A stretch of 64,000 nucleotides of DNA from Octopus bimaculoides (taxonomy: Eukaryota): assembly GCF_001194135.2 (NCBI RefSeq), contig NC_068984.1, positions 10,860,439 to 10,924,438 on the forward strand, in the 5' to 3' direction. The position numbers and the translations under genes were made by a program. Below are positions 12,773-26,150 of this stretch, one piece after another. Position 1 is the stretch's first letter, and the number at the start of each line of letters is the position of its first letter. The notes below the pieces were generated by a model. The model was given only the letters and a program-made list of their open reading frames with translations. It ran no database searches and was not told the origin of the DNA.

Positions 12773-13484
12773 TGTGTGTGTGTGTGTGACAGGCTTCTTT
12801 CAATTTGTCTACCAAATCCACTCACAATGATATGGTCATCCAGAGCCTATAGTAGAAAAAACTTGCCTAAGGTGCCACCAGTGGGAATGAACCCGGAATC
12901 ATGTGCAGTTGGAAAGCAAGCTTCTTACCACACAGCCATGCCTGCGCCTGTTTATATATATATATATATATATACACAAATGCATATATATACACACACA
13001 TATACATGTATATGTATGTATGTGCACACACATGTACATATATGTATGTGCACACACATGTACATATATGTATGTGCATATATATATATATATATATGTA
13101 CTTGTGTGTGCATGTGTGTATATATATATGTATTTGTGTATATATACTTTATTTGTTGGTTAACAAGGCAGCCAATGATGATTTCATGTGAAGAGATATT
13201 CACAAAATTTCAAGTGTGCCACACGGAAGCATTGGTATGCAACCAGGAAAGGGCAGATCAAAGTGAATTGCGAGATAGAGTTATTGCAGTGAGATACTTA
13301 AACAACTGTGAAGAAGATCTTTTCATCGGGAAAAATTGGTTGCCTTGTTGACCCACAAATAAATAATATTTATCCACCAATATGGTATTAAGCACTCACT
13401 TTCACTGTTCACTATTAATGTGTTTGTGTGTGTGTGTATATATAAATAATTTGCATATTTAAATAATGTGTGTGTGTGTCATCA

Positions 13485-13700
13485 TCATCATCTTCATTGT
13501 TTAACGTCCGCTTTCCATGCTAGCATGAGTTGGACGATTTGACTGAGGACTGGTGAATCAGATGGCTGCACCAGGCTCCAATCTGATTCGGCAGAGTTTC
13601 TACAGCTGGATGCCCTTCCTAACGCCAACCACTCCGAGGGTGTAGTGGGTGCTTTTACGTGCCACCAGCACGAAGGCCAGTCAGGCGGTACTGGCAACTG
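13485..13700 (-). mobile_element. RTE 3' UTR copy
   Basis: Reverse complement of the RTE tail including (GAT)n. Confidence 0.8.
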
Positions 13701-13790
13701 TGTGTGTATAAATAATTTGTATGCACTATACGTGTGCATGTATATATATATATACATTTATGTATATATGTGTATATATATATTTATGTG

Positions 13791-13841
<51 letters not shown>

Positions 13842-14184
13842 AATATGTTTGCACTATATGTGTGCATGTTTGTAATATGTGCATGTGTGCGTGCTCTTCC
13901 ACTGTGTTACTTTCTCTATTACCATCTTATCCCAATTGTAGATTTCTTCCTCTCATCTTACTTTTTACCCTCCAGCATTTCATCATCCCACCTCAAGTGA
14001 TCGCGCCATCTCCCTTAGTTATAGGGGTCCACTTTAGGCCCTTAGCTGTGCAACTTACAAAGCAGTCTTTACTAATGCTGGTACCATCGAGGTAAGCCCA
14101 TACATCACAAAAAACAATACGTTAGTAATCGGCTGTCAAAGAGTGAGTACATCTTTTTGGGACATCCTGTATATACATGTTTCA

Positions 14185-14470
14185 TATACATTTACATGGT
14201 TGTCAGGTTGTGAGTTCAATTCCTGGGAGTGTGTTGTGTCCTTGAGTACGGCACTTTATTTCACATCACTCCAGTCCACTCAGCTGGCAAAAATGAATTG
14301 TACCTGTAATTACAAAGGGCCAGCCTTGTCACATTTGATGTCATGCCAAGTCTCTCTCAGGATTATGTTTAGTGCAAGTGTGTCTGTGGAGTGCTCAGCC
14401 ACTTGCATGGTAATTTCACAAGCAGGCTGTTTGGTCGAACAGATCAACTAGAACCCTCATCATCATCATA
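14185..14470 (+). mobile_element. SINE family C
   Basis: gagttcaattcc B-box, tgtccttgag..acactttatttcac and ccagtccactcagctggcaaaaatg. Confidence 0.75.
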
Positions 14471-14472
14471 AC

Positions 14473-14580
<108 letters not shown>

Positions 14581-14612
14581 GTGTGTAAATGTGTATGAAA
14601 ATGTATATATAC

Positions 14613-14654
<42 letters not shown>

Positions 14655-16801
14655 CTGTGTGTTTCCCCTCAGTACCACTCCCTACCTCCCAGTTGTTGGA
14701 TGTTTGTCTTGCAAGGTACTTAGTGACACTGTCGGTGCTGGTACCACATAAAAATCACCTAGTACACTCTGTAAAGTGGTTGGCATTAGGAAAGGCATCC
14801 AGTTGTAGAAACTATGCCAAAACAGACAATGGAACCTAGTGCACAAAGACACAATGCCAGTTTATATATTTTGTATATGTAATCATATATATATTTTTTG
14901 TGTGTGTAATATATGTATATATTATATGTAATATGTATATTATATATTGCATATATATTTGTAACACATGTGTGCTATTCTGATTGTTTGTGTGTTTGTA
15001 CACAGTAAATATCAATTAGTAGTCTATGTGACATCACACATTAAATACAGTATATTTATACAATCATCTGAATTGTTTCCAAACCATTCTATTTTAAAAT
15101 GTCTTTTATTAAATATCTGTATAGAAATAGCAAAACATTGTGGTAATGCGTATCTGATTCCAGATATTTTAATATTAGACTATTATATCTATCTAAATGT
15201 TTTCTTCCTCTTAGAATCCTCTTTCTCTAGTATATTGGAATAATTCTGTATGTATGGTAGGGTATTTATTTATCATAAGAAGAATTTATATTTTGAATGT
15301 GTTGAAGTTTAAAAAAATGGAAAAGAAAAACTGCCAAAACCTTTAGTTGTTCTTTCATTTACAGACACATCATATCTGTTATGTCACTTTGGTGTCTGAG
15401 GAAGTCATCAATGTCACACAACTTCATTTTCTTCCATTTATTGATTTGTGGCCTAGCACCTTTCCTAAGAAATCAATGATGTTAAGCAAATTGAAAGATC
15501 TCGATTAAAAAATAATTTGATATCATGAACAAAAAAAAGAGTGAGAAATATATATGAAATTTATGTATAAATTGGCAGCCTATTAACCTTGTAGTTATTA
15601 TTATAAAACCCCAATCAAGCTACATATTATATTTCTACTGTAGAAGGAGCTAAATGTGATGGAAAATACTAAGTTTATCATAGACTGAATATAGTACATG
15701 TTAGTACAGATATATTGGTAGAATGTGAGTCAGTTACATTAGAGTAAAGCACATCATACACGTTTGCCGTTTATTGATATGGTTGATGGAATCATTGACC
15801 TAATGGAGAATAAATCAATTTCTAAAAGCTGTTATTTGAATTTTTAAAACAAAGAGCTGACAGCTTATGAATTTATTTGCACAAAAAAAAAAAGTCGTTG
15901 TAAGAGTTATTTCCCTTGATCCAACATTAGCTTGTCTTACAAACTCGATGAAGAGGGGAAAAAATTGTTAGGTGGGGGGATACTGATTACATAAATTGCT
16001 TTATTTTTTCTTTTCTTTTTTTTTTTTTTTTTTCAAGAATACAAAATCTCCGAATATAGAAGATAACTTCAAACCACACCTAAATATATAATGTTTTAAT
16101 CAAATCAATAAAGGAGATATTATAGTGATGAATATAATAATGTATAGTTAGTTATATACACTCTGTGGAGGCACATGGCTTACTGGTTAGGGTATCAGAT
16201 TCGTCATAAGTTTGTGTTTTCAAATCCTAGACTGGGCGATGTGTTGTGTTCTTGAGCAAAACACTTCATTTCACTTTATTCCTGTCCACTCAATTGGCAA
16301 AAATGAGCAAACCTGTAACTGACTGGCGTCCCATCCAGGGGTGAGTTTCTCCACCAGAGAATCCAGGAAGCTGGGTCTGTAAGTCTATGTGACTCAGGAA
16401 GGAGTTATAACAGACTGTGTGTGATAATGACATATTGTTACTGAGTCTCGTCCATGGCATCAACTCTGCTCAAACAAAGCTGATTCAAACAACGCATCAA
16501 TTTTGTATCGGACCGGGCATTTTGTTGGGAAACGTAGAATTAGTAGTATATTGTTATAGTTAAAGGTAATATGGTTTGACTGTCTTGCAGAAGATGTTGC
16601 CTTTTTGTGAGATTGGTGTAGGATTTGTTGTGGATGACTTATTAGGGCTGGACATTAGCTGTATGGTCAAGAAATTCACTTTGCATCTACATGACACATA
16701 GTTCAGTTCCAAAGAGAAACACCATTTTATGTGTGTGTGTGCATGCATGTGTGTAAGAACTAATGAATTTGTTGTTTTTTCCCATACCTCATCAAAAGAC
16801 T

Positions 16802-16938
<137 letters not shown>

Positions 16939-18143
16939 ATTTAGGGTGGCCCAAAAATAGATTTACATTTATCACACAGGTACTTAAAATTTTTTTGAAA
17001 CATTTCATTACATTTAAATTTCTATCTTACAAATTGAAAGGGAGATATGCTGTGATTGAGAAGACCCGGCAAGTAAAGTGAAATCACAGCCGTAGCCTTA
17101 TACCAGTGTCACATAACCAGCCCATTTAAAAAGTACCTTTGAATCGTCGGATGACACATTGTGCTTGAGGAGACCTATTGAGTCAAGTAAAATAACAATC
17201 AAAATCAAATCAAATCACTATCAAATGGAAGTTGTAGTTGTGGCTGATGCCAGTGCCTACTGGCAATAAGCACCATTCGTGTGTGGGTTATTGTCAGTGC
17301 CGCCTGACTGGCTCCCCATGCCAGTGGCACGTAAAAAGCACCATCCGAACATGGTCGATGTCGTGGAAAATGGTTGTTTAAACAATGATGATGATAATGA
17401 TATATATATATATATATATATATAAATTATAGTGGGGTAGGCTGGTTTATGGGGTGACTCTGGGCTTCTCGCTCATAAGGGGTTTAGCCTTATGGCGTGT
17501 CTTCAGTCCCCAAACACTGATGCAGTCATGAAAATGAGTGTGTACATGTGTATGTATCTCCTTCTGTGTACGTGCAGGCTTGTATATATTAATGTAATGT
17601 GTAATTCTTGCTATTTACTGATGCAGAGCATCACTGTTTTCTTCAGATTCTTCAGTTTCACTTTGATGTTTTGCAGTAAATTTATTATGTTGTATTAGTA
17701 TTGTTTAGATAAATAATCCTTGGTTATGTACAAGATTATATAGTGTAGCTGACATTTTGAATTTTGTATGTTAGCACTAGAGCTAGTAGGTACCGTTTAT
17801 CTCTTTCTCTCTCATGGTGAGGCAATTGTTGTTTTATAGTCATAGTATGTGTGTGTGTGTTATCATTATCATCATCATTGTTTTAACATCCACTTTACCA
17901 TGCTCTCATGAGTCAGACAGGATTTTGTTGAGGCAGATTTTCTACAGCTAGATGCCCTTCTGGTTACTAGTTTCCTAGCAAAGTAATATTTCCCCATGGA
18001 CAGGCATATCTTTCACAGATGAGTGGAAACAAATAACATTGCTTATATAACAGTCATGCTCACTTACAACCATCACATGATATCAAGACAAAGGTATACA
18101 CACACACACACGTATGTATGTATGTATATACGTATATGTAGGG

Positions 18144-18176
<33 letters not shown>

Positions 18177-18273
18177 AATGATTATGCGATAGTTATATAC
18201 ATTGCTTTGGTGCACTGTGTGTGTATATACACATGTCATCTTCTTCTTCATCATCATCATCGTCATCATTTGA

Positions 18274-18492
18274 CCCTTTAGCATTTAATCTGACCATATC
18301 CAGCTCAAATATTCTTCCTGTTTTATGTTCAAATCAGCTAGATCCAGCCTCTTACACCTACCCTACAATGTCATTCTAAAAATAAACAATCACCTCAATG
18401 AAACCTCAAAGCTATGAGATAATCCATTATTAATTCAAAACAATGTGAATTAATAATCATTACATTTGACAATAATCTGAATGCTAAAGGGT
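18274..18492. mobile_element. piggyBac-type MITE, family 1
   Basis: ttga|CCCTTTAGCATT...AATGCTAAAGGGG|ttac. The internal sequence is shared with copies at 49.4 and 58.8 kb. Confidence 0.7.
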
Positions 18493-18773
18493 TACTGTTC
18501 CCATGTTCTGTGCTTGCATTGATCTCTTTACAGTTTCTATTTGTGATGGGCTTCCTTCAGTTTCCATCTACCAAATTCACTCACAAAGCTTTGACCAACC
18601 TGGGGATGTAGTAGAAAACACTTACCCAAGGTGCTGTGTAGTGGTACTGAGCTTAAAACCATGTGGTTGCAGAGCAAGCTTCTTAATCACATCCATCCAT
18701 TGCCTTCACTGAACTTGTTTGTAAAAATAACCTCCAATGGGGACATGACAGCCTAATTAACTTCATCAGCACC

Positions 18774-18808
<35 letters not shown>

Positions 18809-19080
18809 TTCAGGTTAAAGAAGTGACATTACAATACTACATGTGTGCAACACATGAGCATGCATGCGTACTCTTACTCACACACATATTCACTCGCTCC
18901 TTCCCTCCCTCACTCACTTGCGCTCTCACTCTTTTTTCTTACATAGTCACACACTCTTTCACTTACACTCACTCAGTCACACAACACTCACTCACTCTCT
19001 CTCTCACACTCATTCTTCCGCACACATTCACTCACACATTCACTTGCTCCCTTCCTCCCTCACTCACCCACTCGTTCTCA

Positions 19081-19124
<44 letters not shown>

Positions 19125-20839
19125 CCCTCTGTTAAAATCTTCATAGTCAATACTATACCACAAATGCTTTTGCTGCAAATCCTACACATCATAATCTTTG
19201 ATGATCTTTCATAACAACAGCAACAACAACACCTAACACTGCTAAAGCTATATAAAGACTAGGTTCTTCCTTCAGGGCCACTCTGATCAATGCAACTGAT
19301 ATCAGAGAGCTGATTCAACTTATTAGCTATCACACACACACTACAGCTACTTTCCTCACATCGTTTTCTGTTTTTTCTCTCTGTTTTCTATCTCAAATAC
19401 CTTATCCTCTCTTAAACTAGCAAGCAGCATACTACCTCCATCTACACCTATTCTGAGCAACTAGTGCTTCTCATGTTCTCATCTTCACAGTGCCTCATCC
19501 TGTATTCTCATTCAGGGTTTGCGCTAAACATTGTCCAACCATTCTTCTTCAAATCAGCTTTCCTCTGGAATTGTTTCAATTCTTGCTTTTATTTCTAGAG
19601 TTTCAAACTGAATATCAGTCTTGCTAGTCTGGTGGGGTCTTTTATACAGTTCAAGGGTGGTGGGCTTTCCTTCTCTAGTTATGTAGAACGATAATTGATA
19701 TATAGACAGACAGACAGACAGACAGACAGATGTATAGACAGTCAGATGAAGAGAGATTAATAGATATACAGACAGAGATATAGAAGATAGACAGGCAGAG
19801 AAAAAGAAAAACAAATATATAGACAGACAGACAGGCAGATAGATTGATAGATAGATATACAAACACAAAAATAGATTGAACAGATAGACAGACAGCTAGA
19901 TATAAATATCGTGTGTGGGTGATTCTCTTTATTTAGAAAACATTACGTGATATTTTATCAAAGTGAAATATGTGACAGCCAACACAACAGATAAAACTAT
20001 AATTATTACAGAAAAAAAAAATTGACTGTAGTCGTTTTGTTCTTTGTTTTTTTATTTTTATTGTTAATGCATTCTAAACTTTGAAAGTGAAAGTAAATGG
20101 ACTTCAAAGCTTGACTGGAAGTGTTGGGATGACAAATCAGAGATGGGGCCAGGCGTGTCTGTGTGGTTAAAATCATTGCATTACTGTTATGTAGTTCCAA
20201 GTTCAAACCCACTGTTTGACATCATTGACATGTGTTTCCATACTCTTGTGGAACCTGGGGTCCACTCTAGTATTTTGGGTTGTACCAGTTTTTGAATGGT
20301 CCACTTAATGTTCTGCCTGGTTTAACACAACCCCAGTTCATTACTTGATGCCTTTTGTGGCGTCTGTTTGGTTGCCAGCATTCAGACCCAGTCTCTGGTC
20401 TGAGAATAACCATTGAGGTGTGGGTTATTCTTCATTCCTTTCCCATCAGTCATGGAACTCCTACAGAATAATTGATGGTCCCACTCTTTCTCCTTTGACG
20501 TAGTAAGATTATATGTATACAAAGATAATATATTGCAAACCTATTTAAGCCATGATACTTAGAAAATATAGACATGGCTTAGGAATACACGTGAAGTATT
20601 GAAGTTAGATCTAAACCAATTTGTTACCATATTTCTGTGGAAATAAATACAGTCTTTCTTCGTTTTTGAATTTGGTTTGTGAGATTTTTTATGTGAATTC
20701 ATTTGTTGAAGCAAATCTTGTTGTTGTGTCTTGAGAGGGTTATTGCTTTAATAATAATAAACACATACATACCAGTGTGTGTGTGTGTTTGTAATTATTA
20801 TTGGCACAATGACCTTTCCAATACTCTGTCTTTCATCAT

Positions 20840-21270
20840 CACCATCATCAAACGTCTGTTGTCCACGGGCTAAATGGTTTGACCAGGGCTGGTAAGCTGG
20901 AAGGCTGCACCAGACTCAAGTCTGATTTGACATGGTTTTTATTATTGGATGCCCTTCCTAATGCCAACCATTCTGAGAATGTAATAAGTGCTTTTACATG
21001 CCACCAGCGCAGGTGCCATTTATGTGACACTGGTATCTGCCACAATTGTGATTCTTCTCAGCTTGATGGGTCTTCTTCTCAAGCACGACATAATGCCAAA
21101 GGTCTTGGTTATTGCCTCCATGAGGCCCAACACTAGAAAGGAACTCAGTCACTTTACATGCGTGAGGCCCAACGCTCAAAAGGTGCTTTTTACGTGCCAC
21201 CAGCATGGGTGCCAGTTATGTGACACCAGCATCGGCCACGACTCTGATTTCACTTGGTTTGACAGGTTTT
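20840..21270 (-). mobile_element. RTE 3' UTR copy
   Basis: Reverse-complement tail plus internal units. Confidence 0.7.
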
Positions 21271-22604
21271 GATGGGTTTTTGTTTCAATTAAATTTGAAA
21301 ATAATGAAGAGTTTGTCATTGGTAAGCTGATGTTTGGGACATGAATTAACATGAAAGCTTGGAGGAAGGATTAAATTTAGATCACTTTTAAACAGAAAGT
21401 TTGTTTCCTAGAACCAATGGTGGTCTGAAATGGGTTGATTGCAAAAGTGACAGTGGGATTTACAGGGGACATAAAGCAATAGTGGTTTATAACATTGATT
21501 CATACAACCCACACTAACATAGAAAAACAAATCTGAAAGAACTGAATTCTTTCAATCTTAATGTTTATCTGACAGAAATCATGGCTCTTCTATGATGGTA
21601 TTCTTGGATTTATGAGTGAGAGAGTCAATTCCTCTTGTCTCCAGACTCATAGAAGTTATCAAACCCTTTGCTAATAGACAATAGAATACTCGTCAATTTA
21701 ACAATGCTCTCAATACTTACAGCAGTAACTGCATATGTTGCTTGTTTGCAGCTAAGTGGACTGAGCCATTGAGAATGTCTTAGAGACAGCAATCTCTAAA
21801 AATTTAATTTTGAATTTAAGTTTAATTAAATTATTGAATCAATTTAATTAATCCACTTTATAATTTACTGATATTACATGTCTGCCTTCTTAATTCTTTC
21901 ATTTCATTGGATGTTCACTTTGATATATAAACAATCTGTAGCACTTGAGGCTCTTTTTGTAACCTTAAAAAGCATGTTTTAAATACATGCAGACTTGCTG
22001 TATGTATTGTAACAGATCACCCTAAAGATATTAATTTATCATTATTTTATGTAAACATATCTGTCTAATTAATATATATGTGTAACTTTATTATTTATAT
22101 TTCATTAATGCCTATTGCAAATGGATATAAAAATGTTTATTCGTATATTCATACTTTTGCGTAAACAAATGTCATTCTAAACTTATACATTTTTCTTAGT
22201 TGTATATAAAACAATGAGAAAAGATAGACAATATATACTGTCTTTACTTTCTCACTGACATTAAAATTAATAAACCTTTCATTATCATTTATATACATTA
22301 TTAGTAGAGCAAACTTAAATATTTTCATTATTATTTTTGTTTATATCTTCACTATAACATATATGCACACACTTGGACATGAAATCTTTTGTGTTAGAGA
22401 TTTTAAATGTATTATTGTAAGGTAGCGATGTGGCAAGGTGTAGGCATAACTGTGTGGTTAAGAAGTTTGCTTCTCAACCACATGGTTTCCGGTTCAGTCC
22501 CTTTGTGTGGCACCTTGAGCAAGTGTCTTCTAGTATAACAACTAGACCAGCCAAAGCTTTGTGAATGGATTCAGTAGACAGAATCTGAAAGAAACCTATT
22601 ATAT

Positions 22605-22822
22605 ATAGTTGCCAGTACCACCAGACTGGCCCTCGTGCCAGGGGCACGTAAAAAGCACCCACTACACTCTTGGAGTGGTTGGCATTAGGAAGGGCATCCA
22701 GCTGTAGAAACTTTGCCAGATCAGATTGGAGTCTGGTGTAGTCATCTGGTTCACCAGTCCCCAGTCAAATCGTCCAACCCATACTAGCATGGAAAGCGGA
22801 CGTTAAATGATGATGATGATGA

Positions 22823-22825
<3 letters not shown>
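22605..22825 (+). mobile_element. RTE 3' UTR copy
   Basis: Tail motifs plus (GAT)n, closely similar to the copy at 43675-43890. Confidence 0.8.
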
Positions 22826-22851
<26 letters not shown>

Positions 22852-22853
<2 letters not shown>

Positions 22854-23440
22854 CGAACAGCCATGCTACATGGAAGTGAAACATGGGCTGTGACTGTTGA
22901 GGACATGCGTAAGCTTGCAAGGAATGAAGCCAATATGCTCCGCTGGGTGTGTAATGTCAGTGTGCATACACGACAGAGTGTAAGCACCCTGAGAGAAAAG
23001 TTGGATTTAAGAAGCATCAGATGTGGTGTGCAAGAGAGATGACTGTATTGGTATGGTCATGTGTTGCGAATAAATGAGGACAGCTATGTGAAAAAGTGTC
23101 ACACCCTAGCAGTTGAGGGAACCTGTGGAACAGGCAGACCCAGGAAAACCTGAGATGGGGTGGTGAAGCATGACCTTCGAACATTGGGCCTTACCAAGGC
23201 AATGACTAATGACTGAGACCTTTGGAGATATGCTGTGCTTGAGAAGACCCAACAAGCCAAGGCCTATACCAGTGGGTGTAACCAGCCCACTTATGAATAC
23301 CCCTCATTCATTGGACAATAAACTTTGCTTACGAAGACCTATTGAGGCAAGTGAAATCAAAATCCAAATCACTGTGGCTGATGACAGTACAGCCCGATTG
23401 GCACTCGTGCCAGTGGAACGTTAAAAGCACATCCAAATGG
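22852..23440 (+). mobile_element. 5'-truncated RTE LINE fragment
   Basis: IRTAMLHGSETWAVTVEDMRKLARNEANMLRWVCNVSVHTRQSVSTLREKLDLRSIRCGVQER*LYWYGHVLRINEDSYVKKCHTLAVEGTCGTGRPRKT*, followed by the start of the 3' UTR. Confidence 0.9.
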
Positions 23441-23966
23441 GAAGAAGATAAAGTTTGCAGTGATGGGGTGCCAGAGCAAACCCTCAAAGTACAAGAAGTT
23501 GAGTATAGGAGAGGATACAGATGGTAGATGAGGAGCGGAGAGTAATTAACTGACCTTGCTCGGTGCAGATCTTCACCAGGTATGGTTAATTAGATTAGAA
23601 AATGGCTTATCTCCTGCAGTTTCTTATGCAAATTCTAGAACTCATTCTGTTTTGTATTAAACTTGATAATGCTCTAAAAACTTGTTATTGGTTCTGTAAT
23701 TGTCCTGCTCTATATTGGTCGTTACAGTTATGTTCCGTAGGCTTCATGCAGTCTCTACGTTTCAATCTATAATGTGTTGTTGCTGCTATATTATTCCAAT
23801 GTTCCTAAACAATATGCTAAGTGCATTAAACAATGAGTTATAATTGATTACATCTACAATGGAGCTGTTAGTATTTTTCTCTATTTTGCCATACTTGTTA
23901 TGTGCTGCCAACTACAATGAGACTATTTTTTTGGACTTGTTTCCATCACTTTGTTATTCTCATGTT

Positions 23967-24010
<44 letters not shown>

Positions 24011-24404
24011 CTATTATTATTATTATTATTATTATTATAAGAGAGTAAGTGAAATGTTTATACTTCTCTATAAGCATTAACATAGCTGTTTTAGTGTTAC
24101 TGAGATTAATAATTGTATTTACGAGAGTTCTTGTTGTATAAATGTAGTGTCAGTTAATGGTTAGTCTTCTGGCGTTATCAGTAATGCCAATAACTTATAT
24201 TTCATTGGTTCTTTGTTTTTGTTTTGTTTTTGTTAGTTTGCTTTAGACATCAGGTGTGAGGTCATACTGGAGTACCATTTTTGCTAGCCTGTTGTTTCAA
24301 TAAATTATTTATAGTACAGAGTAAAAGAAAAAAAAACTATTATTATTTTATCTTTCTTTTATCCATCCATGTTTCTGCCCATCCATATTTCTGCCCTTTA
24401 TTGT

Positions 24405-24760
24405 TGCAAGTGTCATGAGGTTAGGATCCTCTGGCAACTCCACCAAAGGGTTCCATCAGAAGCAACCATTGTAACATTTTCCTGCTGGATTCCCAAGCAA
24501 GACCAACTGAGGTTACAGATATTTTTGGTCTACCCTTGTTTCCTGCCAGTTTGGCTCGGCTTAAAGAATCTGTTTTGCAATTCTTTCCTGCAATATTCTA
24601 ACCACATGTCTGTAGTGCCAGAGGTGTAACTTCTCACTGCAGAGAAGCAGCAGCCCAACCTGGACAGACTCCCTTATCTCTGAGCTATGCACCCTGTTGG
24701 GTAACATTACTCTAGAGATCCTCTGGAGGAACCCCCATCTCAGCTGCTTGTATTTCTTTT
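24405..24760 (-). mobile_element. Decayed fragment of a second RTE-clade LINE
   Basis: Minus strand ..QAAEMGFLQRISRVMLPNRVHSSEIRESVQVGLLLLCSEKLHLWHYRHVVRILQERIAKQIL* matches the RTE C-terminal pattern AAEMRFLR...IRE.L...LRWFGHV.RM...R..K.IL. Confidence 0.7.
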
Positions 24761-24974
24761 TCATACTTTTTCATTTATTTTTATATTTTTGCTCTCAATG
24801 ATATTTTATCATTAGTGCTCGTTGCCAGTGCCGCCAGACTGGCGCCTGTGCAGGTAACACATAAAAAACACCTTTTGAGCATGGTCGTTGCCAGAACCGC
24901 CTGACTGGCCCTCATGCTGGTGGCACATAAAAGCACCCACTACACTCTCAGAGTGGTTGGCGTTAGGAAGGGCA

Positions 24975-25804
24975 GATCTTTTTTAAAACGGGGGCCACAT
25001 TTTTCATTAACGAAACACTTTGAAACTTGGAACACTGGTAGAATGTGTCATATAAAACATCTTTTTCTCTTAGTCTTCTTTAAAAAAAAAGAAATCCATA
25101 AATTATTCCATGTTAAAGTTGTCGTATTTCTGTAATTTCAACCAATCACTGACGTCCATTCTGCCGATATACATTAAGTGCCGACTACATAAACAAACGA
25201 TTCTGAAACAATTAACCCTAACTCTAACCCTAACCCTAACCCTAACCTTAGGGTTAGGGTTAAAGCAAATTTAAAATGAAAANNNNNNNNNNNNNNNNNN
25301 NNNNNNNNNNNNNNNNNNNNNNNNNNNNNNNNNNNNNNNNNNNNNNNNNNNNNNNNNNNNNNNNNNNNNNNNNNNNNNNNNNNNNNNNNNNNNNNNNNNN
25401 NNNNNNNNNNNNNNNNNNNNNNNNNNNNNNNNNNNNNNNNNNNNNNNNNNNNNNNNNNNNNNNNNNNNNNNNNNNNNNNNNNNNNNNNNNNNNNNNNNNN
25501 NNNNNNNNNNNNNNNNNNNNNNNNNNNNNNNNNNNNNNNNNNNNNNNNNNNNNAAAGCAAATAAAACGAAGAATCGTTTGTTTATGTAGTCGGCACTTAA
25601 TGTATATCGGCTGAATGGACGTCAGTGATTGGTTGAAATTATCGAAATAAGACAATTTTTTACATGAAATAAATTCGAATACAAAAATATTTTTCTGTTC
25701 TATAACACAAAATAGATAAGTATACGAAGTTTGAAAGTCTTTCGGTACCAAAAACACTACGTAAAACATTAATGAAAAATGTGGCCCCCGTTTTAAAAAA
25801 ATCC
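24975..25804. mobile_element. Non-autonomous Mutator/MULE-like element (MITE) inserted into an RTE 3' UTR copy
   Basis: 9-bp direct repeat GGAAGGGCA at 24966-24974 and 25805-25813, where the uninterrupted RTE tail has it once. Perfect 32-bp inverted repeat at 24979-25010/25769-25800 and a 70/71 inverted block at 25134-25204/25570-25640. Both termini start with G. The centre is partly an N-gap. Confidence 0.8.
25213..25262. repeat. Interstitial telomere-type repeat (TAACCC)~5 abutting (TTAGGG)2
   Basis: Sequence taaccctaactctaaccctaaccctaaccctaaccttagggttagggtt inside the MULE-like element. Confidence 0.85.
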
Positions 25805-25941
25805 GGAAGGGCATCCAGCTGCAGAAACTCTGCCAGATCAGATTGAGTCTGGTGCAGCCTCTGGCTCACCAGTCCTCAGTCAAACCGTCCAACCCATGCC
25901 AGCACGGAAAGCGGACGTTAAACGATGATGATAATGATGAT

Positions 25942-26150
25942 GGTGAGCTGGCAGAACTGTTAGCAAGCCAGGCAAGATGCTTAGCAGCATTGTGTCCATC
26001 TTTATGCTGCAAGTTCAGATTCCGCCAAGGTCAACTTTGCCTTTTGTCCTTTCAGGGTCGATGAAATAAGTACCACTTGAGCACTGGAGTCAATGCAATA
26101 GACTTACCCACTCCCCTAAAATTGCTGGCCTTGTGCCAAAATTCGAAACC
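25942..26150 (+). mobile_element. SINE family B directly after an RTE (GAT)n tail
   Basis: Same head and central motif. Confidence 0.75.

Larger units (their letters stand above)
24815..25942 (+). mobile_element. RTE 3' UTR copy split by the MULE-like MITE
   Basis: The tail is interrupted at ggaagggca and resumes at 25805. Confidence 0.8.

Noticed and set aside
13150-13351. Protein-like tail of the 193-aa ORF
   Set aside because: No recognisable domain or splice sites; the ORF is mostly SINE and microsatellite.
16940-17035. Tc1/mariner-like terminus (agggtggcccaaaa)
   Set aside because: No matching second TIR was found and it is too short to support a call.
19550-19680. LTR-like segment with a TATAAAA motif (- strand)
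   Set aside because: No second LTR, TG..CA termini, primer-binding site or polypurine tract was identified.
25213-25262. Chromosome end or telomere fusion site
   Set aside because: It is only about 50 nt and lies inside a TSD-flanked transposon within an intron.
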